From: Octopus bimaculoides
Lineage: Eukaryota
Direction: 5' to 3'
Assembly (NCBI RefSeq): GCF_001194135.2
Contig: NC_068993.1
Location: forward strand, 28,923,216 to 28,987,215
DNA length: 64,000 nucleotides
The first letter of the stretch is position 1, and every line of letters starts with the position of its first letter. The notes under the pieces were generated by a model, which was given only the letters and a program-made list of their open reading frames with translations, made no database searches and had not been told where the DNA came from. The position numbers and the translations under genes were made by a program. Shown one piece after another: positions 1 to 13,400 of the stretch.

Positions 1-239
1 TATTTCAATTGGGTCATGCCCTTCAAATTGCTATAGATCCGTAATGCATCTTACAGCTGTGCCTGTCACCTGTATGGTGAGGAATCCTATATTGGGGAGT
101 AGTAATGACTATGCTAGGGTAGCCGACTGATTATCGTGATCATTCGTCTTTTGGTTTCCTGTAGCTTTACTCTCTTTTACAAACCCAGTGAACATACATA
201 TATTTCCTTTTTCACAGAAATTCAAACAATACATATTAC

Positions 240-990
240 ACCCAAGTTAAAAACATTCCCAACAATTCAACTTCTCTGGTTGACATTAACACACTCACCC
301 CCAATAGGGGCCTTAACTCCCACATTTTTCAGCTCCATTCTTCAGGAGAAAAATCCTTTTTACAGGGTCTATAACACTAGAATTTTCGAATATGCGCATA
401 AATATCAGATATATAAAGATGAGAATGTGTGTCTGTGTGAATCCATAAAACTCAAGAACTACATAACCAATTTCATTCCAAATTAACACATGCCTTACTT
501 AGGGCCATGTAGTGTCTTAGGCCAAAACAATTTTTAACTTCTTGCATAGTTCGAGCCCACAGCAATATCATATCTCCTCCACTAATTCAGTATTACGTGT
601 GAAAAGTGAAACAATAACATCACTCTACTGTAATGTCAGATACTTTCACTTTAACACTGAAACTATTCCACTATTTCGGTATTACATGTCAAAAGTGAAA
701 CAATAACATGTCGCTACTGTAATTTCAAATACTTTCACTTTAATACTTTCAATTTCATACTGAAACTATTAAAGTGAAACTATACTCTCACATATGTACA
801 GGTATACTATACGACCCAAGTTAAAAACATTCCTAACAATTCAACTTCTCTGGTTGACATTAACACACCCACCCGCAATACGGGCCTTCATTCCCACATT
901 TTAGAGCTCCATGAGCTCCATTTTTCAGGAGCAAAATCTTTTTTACAGGTTCCAGAAGACTGAAATTTTGGAATATGCGCATAAAGATCA
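240..990. repeat. ~170-bp direct repeat pair (240-410 and 814-990) enclosing a 2-unit ~89-bp tandem repeat (590-770)
   Basis: ACCCAAGTTAAAAACATTCC(C/T)AACAATTCAACTTCTCTGGTTGACATTAACACAC occurs at 240 and 814. GTATTAC..AAAAGTGAAACAATAACAT..TACTTTCACTTTAA occurs at 590 and 679. Confidence 0.9.
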
Positions 991-2925
991 ATAGTATGGG
1001 ATACATGTCTCATGATTATAATTTTTTTAGGGTGTGTAACGAGGGAAAGAACCCGCATGTGCAATTTTGATGAAATTCGAATCATATGTATTCCAGTTCC
1101 TTACAGAAAATATAACAGAAAAGTCTCATCCTTCAATTGCATGTAACACGGGCAACACTGGGTATCTCTGCTTGTATTATATATATATCTGTGTGTGTGT
1201 GTGTGTGTGTGCGCATGCATGCATATGTATATAAGATCATTACTGTCATCATTTAACATCTTTTTTTTGATCCGAGCTAGAGGACAATATTGAGCTCTAG
1301 TCTCTGTTTTACAATGGCTAGAATAGCTGGATGCCCTTCCTAATGCCAACCAATTTACAGAGTGTACTGAGTGCTTTTACTGTGATACAGGCACTAGTGA
1401 GGTCATCAAATGATTCACAAGACAAAGAGGAAAATCCTTGACTGAAAAGAGTTGTAGTGAAGAAGGAGTTGGCTCTATGCCAGATGTTGAGAAGCTCAAG
1501 TATGATAGATCAATGTCAGCTGCTGAGACATTTAAGTATGATGTGGAGTAGTCATGTATTTCCTCTATAACAAGAGACCCGTGCTTGCTATGCAAGGGAC
1601 AGGTATCTTGCTACAGAGAGGAGATACATGGCTACCCAGTATTATACAGAAGTGGGTGGGATTGGAAAGAAGACTATGATGGTGGTTACAAGGTATCAGA
1701 GTGTACTCTTAAGATACAAGAAAGTGAGTATAAGAGAGAATATGGACAAAGAATTGGTAAAGGTGGATAGATAAGTTTGTTAAAGTGTAAGAGGAGAGTG
1801 ATCAATGGTTAGAGATGGATGAAGGTGAGAGAATAAGAATGGTTCCGGAAGATGATAAGTGGCAGCAGAGGAATAGAGGAGAGAAGAAAATATGGAGATG
1901 ATGTGTGGCATGAGAAAATATGCACACTAATAGAGATTGGTGCCAGAGGTCTATAAGAGTAGCTGTAGTGAGTGAGAGATAAAAGAAAGGTGAGGCTATT
2001 GACAGCAGGTATGCCAGGGTGATACAGATTAGAAGTGGGTGTTAAAGATAAGGTAATAGCGGTCCTACAATGCATCTCAGAGGAGAGGGAGATGAAGGGG
2101 TGATTGGTAATGATACTAAGAGGGATGAATTTTAAAAGAAAGTGGTTCCAGGGGGTGGGGTGGAGTTAATTAGCAAAGGGATGATGAAATATGCACATAT
2201 TCTGTTCTCATATAATTATAGCAGCTGAATAATGCCATAATTAGAAAAGTGGTGGGATGGCTGTTAGGAATATGACAAGTAGGGAAGGCTTGCTAGGACA
2301 GATTGGGTGTAGGGGAAAAGCCTAGTGAGTGTGTAAAACATAAACATAATGTTTTTAGAGCCTTCACTTTTGTTGAGTCAAATGGGTCTTCTCTAGCACA
2401 GCAAATTGCCAGTCATCTCAATCCTTTGTTATCTCTTCAATGAGGCTCAACACCTTGAGATCAGCCTTTATTATTTTGTCCCATATTTTTATGGGTCTTC
2501 TTCCACAGTTTCCATCCACATTTAGCAATCAACACATTTTTTTGTGCAGCTAATCTCATCCATATGTATCACATATCCACACCAGCACAGTCTTCTCTCT
2601 TGCACACTGCATCTAATTTCTCTTATATTAATGACATTTGTACTTTGTCATTAACAGACACACTGACACTGAACATCCAACGGCATATACGATTTTCATT
2701 CATTTCTGATATTTATATGTCCTTTGTATTTGGGGCCCTCATCTCACTACCATGTAGCATGGTTGTTTGTACATAAGCATCATACAATCTAACTTTCAGA
2801 TTCAGAGAAAGACCTTTTGCTATGAATGTAGGTAACAGTTCTCTGAACTTACCCTATCATGTCCTTATTCTAGCAACTATACTTTCAGAACATTCTCCTC
2901 CATTGGTAATTTGGTCACCTAAGTA

Positions 2926-4126
2926 CCAGGCTTTGCAAAAGTCCTATTACACTTAGTTTTGATCTTTCGAGAGGTTAACGTGTGCGATAAAAAAAGTGCT
3001 GCCAAACATACTTAAAGTTCTACTTTCCCAGCACGTGTCATTAAAACATCTTTTCCATTGTGTGCAGGTGTATTTAGATGGAAGTGAAAAGAATCAGGAT
3101 CTCTGCTCTCCTTCACACAGTCCACAAGTCCGACATTGCCAAGTGGATGCCATTGTCAGCTGGATGACTGTCCATAGAGTTGCAGAGAGGTTCAAGAATG
3201 GGAAAGACCTCAAAGATCAACCTCAATCAGACAGACTTCAAGTCAACTGTTTGGCTGAGTGAAAGGCCTTCAAAAGTGATCTGAAACTTAAAATGACTGC
3301 TCTTGTGAAGAACAACATCTCTGTGACCATGATGTCCAGGGCCATCAAGAAGGAGGGCGGCAAGAGCTTGTGGTGCATGGAAAGGCCTCTATGTGAGAAC
3401 AATATCGGGAGTGCTGTCATCACCTCCTCAATGACTTGAAGTGTCATGGCAATCGAATTCTCATTTTTCCTAATGAAAAATTCTTCAAACAGAATGACTG
3501 CATGGTCAGCTTTGGCCAGGATGTCTCTGAGGTCTGCTACACGTCCACAACCAAGTACCCAGCCTTCATGATGATGCTCAGCATCATGGCTTTGAATTGT
3601 GAGAAGATGCTGCTGGTGTGATTCAGAGCCAGTTACAGGCTCTCCACAGCTGACTACTGGGACATTTTGTCCATGTAAGTCCTGCCCTGGGTGAGAAAGA
3701 TCACAATGAAGGTGGACTATGTCTTTCAGCAGGACAGTGCCAAGACCATGCAAGAGTGGTTGGGGTCAAACATGAACTTCTGGTTGCAGAACTTTTGGCC
3801 ACCACAGTCACCTGACCTCAGCCACCTTGACTACAGCATGTGAGTGCTTGTCGAGTGCAAGGTCCAGCACAGCAACATCAACAAGCTGAAGTCCTCTGTC
3901 AACCATGTGTGGGCCAGTATGAGAAAAGACTTCATCTGCAGTGTGAGCACGACCTTCAGGTCCTGCCTCATGTATGTGCTCACTGTTGAGAGCAGCCACA
4001 TTGATTAATATTAATATTTAAACATAAGTTGAAACAATAAAAATGTGTCTAACTGCATCAAAACTATTATTGTGTCCTTTATTGAGAGCATTGTAACGGA
4101 TGCAACAGAACTTTTGCAAAGCCTGG
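2926..4126 (+). mobile_element. Tc1/mariner-superfamily transposon (maT/DD37D-like), decayed, inserted in the RTE RT
   Basis: TIRs CCAGGCTTTGCAAAAGTCCT (2926) and AGAACTTTTGCAAAGCCTGG (to 4126), TA on both sides. Transposase relics: MEVKRIRISALL, VAERFKNGKDLKD, ILIF.NEK..KQND, YVFQQDSA, FWPPQSPDL..LDYS. The D-D spacing cannot be counted because of deletions, so the family call is tentative. Confidence 0.85.
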
Positions 4127-4720
4127 TAATAGAAACTATCAACTACTTCTTCTGTATTTATTGCTTTTGTGCATTTGCTACATGCAAAGTCTACTTCCTC
4201 AGTTAACCTTTCTGTGATCCCTCTGCACCTCTTGTGTATCCATAGCTTGCACTGAGTACATTATATGGAATTTATATCAACACCTTTTTCTACATATCAA
4301 GTATATTCTGTACATTGCTTGTATGGCTTCCACAAAACAGTTGTCTAACCTTAGCTTCCTTAGGGATCACTAGATCACAGAGTGAGGGACTCAGTCAAAG
4401 GCTTTCCCCACGTCTACAAATGCCAATTATAATGGCTTACTTTTAGGTAAATACTTCTCTTGCAGTTGTGTTACAAAACAGTGGGCATCAGTAGTACTTC
4501 TCTGTGGTGCAAAACTGAACTACATCTCATCTAACCTAATTCTGTTCCTAATTAATTGGGCTATAACTCTTTCTCTAACTTTCATGAATTGGTTCATCAA
4601 TCTTGATATCTCTGTATTAACTTCTATCTAAGGCATCCCCTTTACATTTGTAACAGTTGACTATAATGCTGCTATGCCAGTCGTTGGGACTAACACCTTC
4701 CAGTCCAACCTGATTAACTA

Positions 4721-5981
4721 TTGGGTCATCGCATAAATAATGCAGATTTTTTATAATTCTTTTATTTTTCAAAATTAAGATAAACAAAGTTCTTTTTTAA
4801 TCTAAAATATACTCTCTTTCTCTTTCTACAATGCTCCTCCATCTATCTGGTAGACTTGCAAGACCCTTCTTCCAAAATTCATGTGTCCGTGATGAAAAAT
4901 ACTCCTCCAGTACTGTTCTGACCTCATCTACAGAATTCATATATTTTCCATCCAAATGATTTTGAAGACTGCAGAATAAATGATAGTCAGATGGGGCAAT
5001 GTCCAGCGAATATGGTGGGTGGTGCATCGTTTCCCATTCAAACTGTTCCAGCCTTTGGAATGTCATCCTCATTGTATGTGGCCAAGCATTATCCTGATGG
5101 AAGAATACCTTTCGTCTTGCAATCAAAGATGGTCGTTTTTCTTCTAGCACTGATTTAAGCCGCTCAAGCTGCTTGCAGTAGAGCTCCTTTGTTATCATTT
5201 TGTTTGAGTTTAAAAGTTCAAAGTGGACTAACCTTTCACACCTCACCAAACAGATAACAACACTTTATGCGGGTGAAGACCTTCTTTAGCCTGGGGTGCC
5301 GGTGTTTCTCCTTTCCCTACCCACTGTCTTTGGCACTTGACATTTTTAGAGAGAACCCATTTCTCATCACCAGTAACTATTTGGTTCAAAAAAGGTTCAT
5401 TTGTGACATGTGACAGCAAAGAAGAGAACATATTCACTCTCTGCATGTGATTAGACTTGGAAAGTTTGTGAGGAACCTATTGACCCAATTTGCCAACTTT
5501 TCCAATGGCACGCAGGTGTCGATGACTGGTTGAATGTCCAAATCCAAGCTTCTCTGCTAGTTCCTCAACAGTTACAATGGAATTTTGTTCCACCAGGGTT
5601 TGCAGGATGTCCTCGCTGAGTTCTACAGATCTTCCAGGATGAGGCTCGTCTTCTAAGCTATAGTTTCTGGCTTGGAGTCTCTGGAACCACCATTGACACT
5701 GGCTTACACTTATTGTCTAATCCCCATATACTGCATTATTTCTCGCACTTTCTGTTGTTTTGTTGTCTTTATTGAGCTCATAAAGCAAATTATGCTCCTT
5801 TGTCACTTCCATTATAGCTTTGAAAAAATAACTGTTAAAATCAAACTGCACTCTTCTAATAAAGACAAGGTAAAATTATTACCTGCTTTTATAGCAAGTT
5901 CATGCAGGTAGTTTATCTCATCCCCCTCTGATTTTTAGTTCATGCAATTGAAAAAACCACATTATTTCTGGGATGACCCAA
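4721..5981 (-). mobile_element. Mariner (DD34D) transposon, full-length but frameshifted, inserted in the RTE RT
   Basis: ~30-bp imperfect TIRs TTGGGTCATCGCATAAATAATGC and CACATTATTTCTGGGATGACCCAA with TA duplication. Peptides IVTGDEKWV and FHQDNA-x-HPPYSLDIAPSDYHLF, with exactly 34 residues between the 2nd and 3rd Asp. Confidence 0.95.
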
Positions 5982-7324
5982 TACATGGGTGACTAGGCCA
6001 TATCCCACTCCATCATCTTAAGCATCTCTGTGGTGATTGCTTATGGTCCAGGAGCTTCCCTTTCCTTCATATTCTTGTTTTATCAATCATACTGCTACCA
6101 GTAAGAATAACTGCTCCCTCTGATGTGTCGATGTTGGGAAGAGCCACTATCTCCTATATATTCTCCACATTTAATAGTCTTTCATAATAGCACTAAGTGC
6201 AAGTGTACTGTTATTCATCTCCACATACTCATCATCAAGAACATCTTGGTTTTCTCTGATACACTGTCTTGCAATCCAGAATACAATCATGTCTCTGATT
6301 TCTATACCATAGAACATTGGCAAACCTCTTCCTTTCTGCTTCTCCCTTTGCTAAATAGATCTGCCACCAAGATTCTTTTCCAGGTACCTAATATAATTCT
6401 CTGATACCCCCATTCTTCCAATCCTTCCGCTCCTTCCAGCACTGTCTCTTCATTTTTATGACTCTGTCAACTTCACTGTTCTTCAACAATGTCACCTTTC
6501 ATCTGACTGGTACTTTGCAGCCATCACAAATTTGTCCTATATGAACTTCCAGTTCTTCTCTAGGTGATATTTTTTTTTTACTCCTCTTACTTGTGAAATG
6601 CTTCAACTAGTACTTCTCTAAATTTCTGACAATTCACTGAATCTTTAAACTTCCATAACTTCCCTTTTAAAACTGGTTTGTATCACTGAGTCCTTTTAGC
6701 TTTAAATCTAAAGCCATTGGCCAGTAACTTATATTGCATACATTCTTCACTCAGGAAGGACTGTGTATTTACACACATCTGTCAATCCAGTTTTCTAATG
6801 AGAACATAGTCAATCTGGCTTGCATGCCCACCAGATAGTTAGGTGATCAGGTGACAGGATGGTTTCTTGAAGTTGCAGATAAGGTAATTTGCATTACAGA
6901 ATTCCAAGAGCCTTGTTCCCTCCTCATTTCTAGGACCAAAGCCATTGCTTCCATTTACATTTTGTAATCCAATGAAGACATCAACCATGAATATAAAGGT
7001 ACTATCATTCATCATTGAGGCAATCTGGAAAAGGAAAAGGGCCATTTGAAGTCAGTTCTTCTGTCAGGACCAATTGAGAAGCATATACAGAGATAAATGT
7101 TGCTGTTGTATTTTCCAGCATTTGTGTAGCTTAATTATCCTTTCACATACTTTGATTACCTTGTCTATTTCTCTACCAAGAGTATACCCACACCATGACC
7201 AAGAGAAGTACATTATCATTCATGTTAAGGATGATTGGCAATGATGATTGTGTGCATACACTACAAATACATTTTACACACACATACAAACACATACTGG
7301 CACATAGATATTAAACATACTTGC

Positions 7325-7412
7325 ACTGGTTTCACTAGTCCTCAGTCAAATCGTCCAGCCCATGCTAGCATGGAAAGCGGATGTTAAACGATGATGATGA
7401 TGATATATGAGG
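7325..7412 (+). mobile_element. 5'-truncated RTE 3' tail
   Basis: AGTCCTCAGTCAAATCGTCCAGCCCATGCTAGCATGGAAAGCGGATGTTAAACGATGATGATG, a tail found more than 10 times in the window. Confidence 0.85.
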
Positions 7413-7427
7413 TGGTGAATTGGCAGA

Positions 7428-7992
7428 AATGTTAGCATACTGAGCGAAATGCTTAGCGGTATTTCCTCTGTCTTTACGTTTTGAGTTCAAATTCCGCTGA
7501 GGTCAACTTTGCCTTTCATCTTTTCGGAGTCGATAAGTTAAGTACCAGTTGCATACTGGGGTCGATCTAATTGACTGGCCCCTCCCCCAAAATATTCGGA
7601 CCTTGTGCCTAGAGTAGAAAAGGATATATATATATATGTGCATACACTGTGGAAGAAATAGGCAGGAAGAATGCTACTGATTAGTAGTGACAATGTGAGT
7701 GAATAAGAAGGGAAGATGTGGAGAAAAATACAAAAGGGAGCCGTGTTGCTCTCCTTTTAATTAAGCCATCATTATCATTATTATTATTAGCATTAAGGCA
7801 GCAAGCTGGCAGAATCAGAAAAGCTTAATAACATTTTGCCTATCTTTACGTTCTAATTTCAAATTCTGCTGAGGTCCACTTTACCTTTCATTCTTTTGGG
7901 GTTGATAAGATAAGTACCATTTGAACACTGGGGTTGATGTAATCAACTTAACTCCTCTCCACAAACTGCTGGCGCTGTGCCAAATTTGAGAT
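7428..7992 (+). mobile_element. Two tandem copies (7428-7624, 7794-7992) of a tRNA-derived SINE with a Meta-domain-like core
   Basis: A-box-like GAATTGGCAGAA and B-box GAGTTCAAATTCC, followed by GCCTTTCATC..TTCGGAGTCGATAAG..AAGTACCAG. Further copies at 52510-52925, 51240-51400 and 50055-50110(-). The Meta-domain resemblance is from memory and needs alignment. Confidence 0.75.
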
Positions 7993-8049
7993 CATCATCA
8001 TCATCATCATCATTATCATAGTCACCATACTGTAAAATCATACAAAGTT

Positions 8050-11000
8050 GGAGCTCCATGATTTGTAAGTGTTCAATCAAGCATTTCAGCTGGTTGCAGC
8101 CTGTTCAGTCAAATATTTTTTAATAACTGTTTTGTTTGCATTGTCTGGATCTTTGTGTAATTGCACCTCCTTTTTGGGGGTGTAAACTCTGTAATGATTG
8201 TTTTGCATTTTTGTGTAGACAAGATTTCATTTATTTTTCCAGTTTTTAAAAAATGTCGGATTACGACAATATTATAATACTTGACAAAGTTGTAACTTCG
8301 AACACAGACATGGCTAAAGTTAAAACTGATTTCTCATCAAAGAGAAATATAATTTCCACTTGTTATTGTGATGACAGTAACAAGTGCAATGGTACTAGTA
8401 AAGACAGTGAAAACAATAACAACATCTGCAATAGCGACTATGTGAACAGCAGCAGCACAAACAGTAGAAACAATAATAATAGTAACTGTATCAACACCAA
8501 CATCAGCAACATGAACAACAACAAGATTGAAAACAATAACAGCGAAAAGAACAATGCAGTTATCAATGGTAAATGGAAAACAACAACAGCAATGGCAATA
8601 ATAGCATAAAGAACCACAGCAGAGCTACACCTTTTTGAAAAGCAGTTAGCCAATAGACTGTCCATTCAGTTGAAGATTTGGAAAATAAAGCACTGTGATA
8701 CAAAAGTGACATTATGCAACCAGGCTTTATGTGCCTCAGTGAGGAGGGAAAAATGCTCCAAATGACAAGCAATTGTCTAGAAATGTTTCTTGCAAAGAAA
8801 GGAAACTTAAATTTCCTACTCCAGCAGAGACCGAAAAATGCCTTGAAGATGTGTGGCCCTCAGTGCTTCACATATTCAAAGTTAAACAGTGCGGGACGGT
8901 AGCTACTATATGCAGCAGTGAGCAAGAAGCCAGAAGAATGGCTACTATAACTTGCACATCTCAGGCTTTTGTGGTGATTCCCCATTACATGAGTAAATGG
9001 CTGACTCAAATTTGAGTCAAGAACATGTCAGTTCCCCATGATCCAGTGAGGGTTTTAGCCATTCTGGAGGAGCATGGGGAGATTGTGGAGGTGAAGTCCA
9101 CCCCACAACTCAATAGGACTGGAATTCTTATGGAATCCCAGATATTAGTTTCTCCAGAGAAAATAAATCACATTCCTGATTTTTTTCTTTTTCAAGGAAT
9201 GTGAACAGATGCCCGTTTATACAGAAGGAAAAAAAAAAACAAAGTGAGTGGGAATATTTTTTAAACCTCAAAGCTTTTTTCCACACACTGGAGAAAACAT
9301 GAAGCTCTACACTGTTACTACCAACTCCTCAAGGTGTAGGCAAAACTACTACCTCATATCTGCCTCCTTCCTCTGACTCAGGCCTCACAAAAGCAAAGAC
9401 CTCATTGACATAACACCAAAAGGGCTTTGTCAGGAATAAGAGAAAAACTGAATCTGAAGTAAGCGGAGACTGGCCCAAATTGAAGGCCTTAGGACATGAT
9501 AGTAAAAAACAAAATCTGTCACAACACCAATTAAAAATCAAATCAACATTTTCATCATAAGAAAACCCATTTTTCCAAATATTTTCACAACCACAAAAAC
9601 ACAAAAAGAAAAAGGAACAACTGAAAAACAAAATGACCAACAATCACACTCATGAGTATGTACTTTCTTCATCAACTTCACTGTGGTTCAGAAGAACAAC
9701 ATTGAATTGATTGAGGAAGTAATTAGTAAAAAAACATTGTAACAAGTAGAGAAAATTTTTTGGAACTCCATCAGACAGGATGTTAATCCAAACAGATACG
9801 GATACGTATCCGGGTTTGAAACAAAAATTTGCCCAGGACATTAGAGGGCTTAGTAAATAACCCCACAAAAAAAATTTCTAAAAAACCTTTCCCCACTCCT
9901 ACTTTGACCAAAAAGAAGATTGTGTCAACAGTCATCCCTGAAGACTAAAGTATGTAACTCCATGTTCTTTTTTAAATGGCTACATTTAGAGTAGGCTGTG
10001 TAAATGTCCAGGGCCTGGGTTCGGTTTGGAAGCAGAGTCACTTGCTCAACGATCTCAGGTCCCTTGATTTAAATGTGACAGCAATTAGTGAGACAAGGAT
10101 TTCTAGGAAACATGCTCTAGCATCCATTTTCGAAGACTATGAGATATTCTCATTTTGTGGTCTGTTGGGAGCAGGTGGCAGTGTAGCAATGTTATTCCGA
10201 AAATCCTTAGGTCTCAAAGTTAGGGCAGTCTTGTTGAACCCAGGCAGTAGGTTGGTGATCCTAGACATGAATAGCAGTGAAGGTGGTGCCTTTAGACTAG
10301 TGGCCATATATGCCTCAACAGGGGCTGGCAGCCCAGATTTCTTCAGGCAACTAGAAACATTCCTGGGAATGTCTTGCACTTTAGTACAAGTGGGGGACTG
10401 GAATAGTATTTTGGATGCCTAGAAGGATTATGTGGGTCTTGTATATAGAAGAAGCGGGTGTAAAAGTCTCAAAGACCAGCTCAGAAACTTCCAGCTGTCT
10501 GACAGGTATTTAGTGGATTTCCTTGATGTGTCAGTATGGACATGGAGCAACCACATGGGCTATCCAAGTTATATCCAGAGAGATTATTTGTTAGGTCAGC
10601 AGATAAGGATAACATAGGGTATCCACAATTCAGATCAATTGGCTACACAGATCACAAATCTGTGAGCTGCACAGTTGATTTAGATAGGACTTGTAGACAG
10701 GGACTTGGTTACTGAAAGCTGAACATGTTCTTTCCAACACACAAAGACTACAGGGACCAGATTAGCGAACTACTTAAGCGGATGTTGATGGAGGCAGTCA
10801 TCAACAACCGGTGGTGGATAGCCCTGAAGAGGTCAATTAGAGCAGAGCTGATAGAGTTTAGCAAAGAGTTAACAATAGAAAGAAATAGATTAGAGAGAGA
10901 ACTAGTTAGCAAACTAGAAGATGTGATTAATAAAGGCATCATGACTGATGTGTTAGCAGCAAGAATGACTCTTGACAATTTCTTTGATGTGAAACATGAA

Positions 11001-13400
11001 GGATGTATTGTCAGAGCTAAGGCCTGTGCGCTAAAACATGAGGGAACTAAAGCCGTCTGATGAGCCCGAACAGTGGAGACACGACATAGAAACAAAACCA
11101 TGATCAGGTCATTGACAGATCTGGGTGGGCACGTGCTACATGCTTCTGAGCAGATGTCTGCAGCTTTTCAGCAGCAACTGTTTGGAGAGGGTGATGGGTC
11201 AACAATGGTAGCAGACTTTAGTTCATACCTAGACAGCCTGCAGTGGCTCTCAGCAGCAGACACAAGGTTCTGTGAAAAGCTGATAATAGCCACTGAAATG
11301 CAAGAGATAATGAGAAATTGCACAAGTTGCAAATCACCAGGTTTAGATGGTCTGCCCTATCGATTCTATATATTCATGCCAGATTTGTTTGGTGACCTCT
11401 TGACAGATATCTACCACAATTGGCAAAAGAATGGGAGAATTCCTAGTGCTGTTAGTTGGGGTGTGGTGACACTGCTGAAGAAAGATGCTGACAGTGAGGC
11501 TGTACTAGGGAATTTTCAGCTCATAACACTGCTAAACATAGAATTTACAACCTACACTTTATTTGATACATCATAGAGGAGACGGCAGCTAAAGTTGGCT
11601 TCAGTGGGGCCCTGATCAATTTGGACCAATTGAAAGCATTCAACAGGGTTGACCATTGCTACTTAGAGGGCATCCTTAAAGTGGCTGGTTTCAAACCTGT
11701 TTTCAGAGGCTAGATTGCAGCAATGCACAGCAGCACCTGCTCAGTAGTCAAAGTAAACGGCCATCAATCAGAACCGTTTAGCATAGCATGCTCAGTCCAT
11801 TGGGGCTGCCCATTCTCTCCACTTCTGTATATGCTGACTCTCGAATCACTGCTGTGAAAGTTGGAAAAATTGAGGGGCATCCCTTTGAAACTAGGACATG
11901 GGAGGACAGTGTTAGCATATGCAGACGATGCCACTATCAAAGTGGTGATGGTCATCTCCATTTTAGAGGAATATGAATTGGTTGGCAGGGCCAAAATCAA
12001 GCTGAGAAGTTGGTGGGATTGTGTCTGGGCACCTGGCAAGGCAGGTCAATGCTGTCAGATGGTGATGTTGGATTCTGGACTGATGGGCCAGTTAAACTGC
12101 TCAGGCCAGCTAAACTGCCCCAGGTGGATAAGAACTAGGACGAGGTGACAAAATAGGGTGGCTAGTCTTACTCAAAAATGGGCAGAGAGAAAGCTGTCCT
12201 TGAAAGGTTGGGCAGAGGTGGTGAATTCCTACATTGCTTCCATCATCATTTATCATTTGACCATTGTGACTTGCCCCAGTTATTGCTTGATCAAGTTAGA
12301 GTGTCTCTTGTTCATTTTCTTGTGGAAGGAACATGTTCCAATGGTCAGATGGTCAGTCTGCTGCCAGCTCCCTCTGAGTGGTGGATTAGGCATGATGGGG
12401 CTTTTGATATGCAGACACACTCAGATTGCACCACCTGCAACAGTTTCTAGAAGGTGAATGTGTGTGGGCTCCATTTGTGAGGCATGTCTTTCTGCAACTT
12501 GTCTCTTTAATGAAGCTGCAGCCCTGGGTGAAGGATAGACCAAGACTGGGTGCCCTTCACCTAGAATGTCTTCAAGTACTCACTATCCTCTACCAGTCAG
12601 GCAATAGGATCGGTGGATGTTCCTCTTCAGCTATATATAGAGGATTAGTAGTGGGGAATTTCGACGAAATCCTAGGAGAGACTCTGGACATCGACAAAGA
12701 TGGACTGGGTAGTCTATTCTGGAGGACTTTTCAGTTGGGGGCTATTACGGATAATTTCCAGATGTCTTTGGCTTGGCAGTGCTACCAGGGGACACTACCA
12801 GTTCAAGATAAACTCTACAGGTATGCATGTGCTGTCAAATGGGCTTGTCTAAGATGGATGCAGAGTGATGAAACCGTTCTGCATGCACTTGTTTAGTGTC
12901 CAGGAATTGCTGACATGTGGAGTTATGTCTAACAGCTGCTGTCACGTGTGGGACGGGTCTGTCTGTTATCCAAGTCCATAGTGATGATTGCCCAGCTGCC
13001 CTTCTTTAATCATGTAGGCAAGGCAGTTTTCCTTTGCTTGGTGGCTGTAGCGAAAGAGATTGTCTGGTGGATAAGGCTGAAAGGAATGAGGACAGAGACA
13101 TTCCTATTTGGTAAAGCTCTCAATGACTTGTTCAAGTTAGGGTGGAGAGGGGCGTGCTGTCTTTGAGTGAATTTATCACTATCCCTTATTTTTTACTTGT
13201 TCTTCTTAGTGCTCTACACTATGCATACTTCCCTTCTTTTAATTTATACTGTGTATACTTTTCCTTTTTTTATCATTCCATTATATGTAACCCCCCCCCC
13301 CCGTACTCTTTATCTGTCTTTGTATTATCCCCCTCATCCTTCGCCCTGGTGGTAAATAAAAGAAATAATTGTTGTTGTTATTATCATTATTGTTATTATT
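8050..13400 (+). mobile_element. L1/Tx1-clade LINE copy 1, near full length, decayed (Asn-rich ORF1; ORF2 APE-RT-Cys motif)
   Basis: ORF2 start MATFRVGCVNVQGLG..AISETR (9976), VGDWNSILD, KSPGLDGLPY, AYADDATI, LWKEHVPMVR, LPVQDKL..DETVLHAL. It ends in AATAAA plus a (TTG/TTA)n tail near 13355-13400. Many stops and frameshifts. Confidence 0.9.

Larger units (their letters stand above)
1243..7065 (-). mobile_element. Decayed RTE-clade LINE (APE + RT with internal PHD finger, long pyrimidine-rich 3'UTR, (GAT)n-type tail), interrupted by two DNA transposons
   Basis: Minus-strand peptides: GFGPRNEEGTRLLEFC (APE, 6839-7045); GKAPG..ITTEMLK and IVNQV..PNDW.SSIIVNC (RT, split at 4720/5982); CTQCKLWIHKRC; VVDS..YLGDQ (split at 2925/4127). 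The 3'UTR at 2340-1243 matches 50225-51230 and 62570-63300. Confidence 0.85.
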
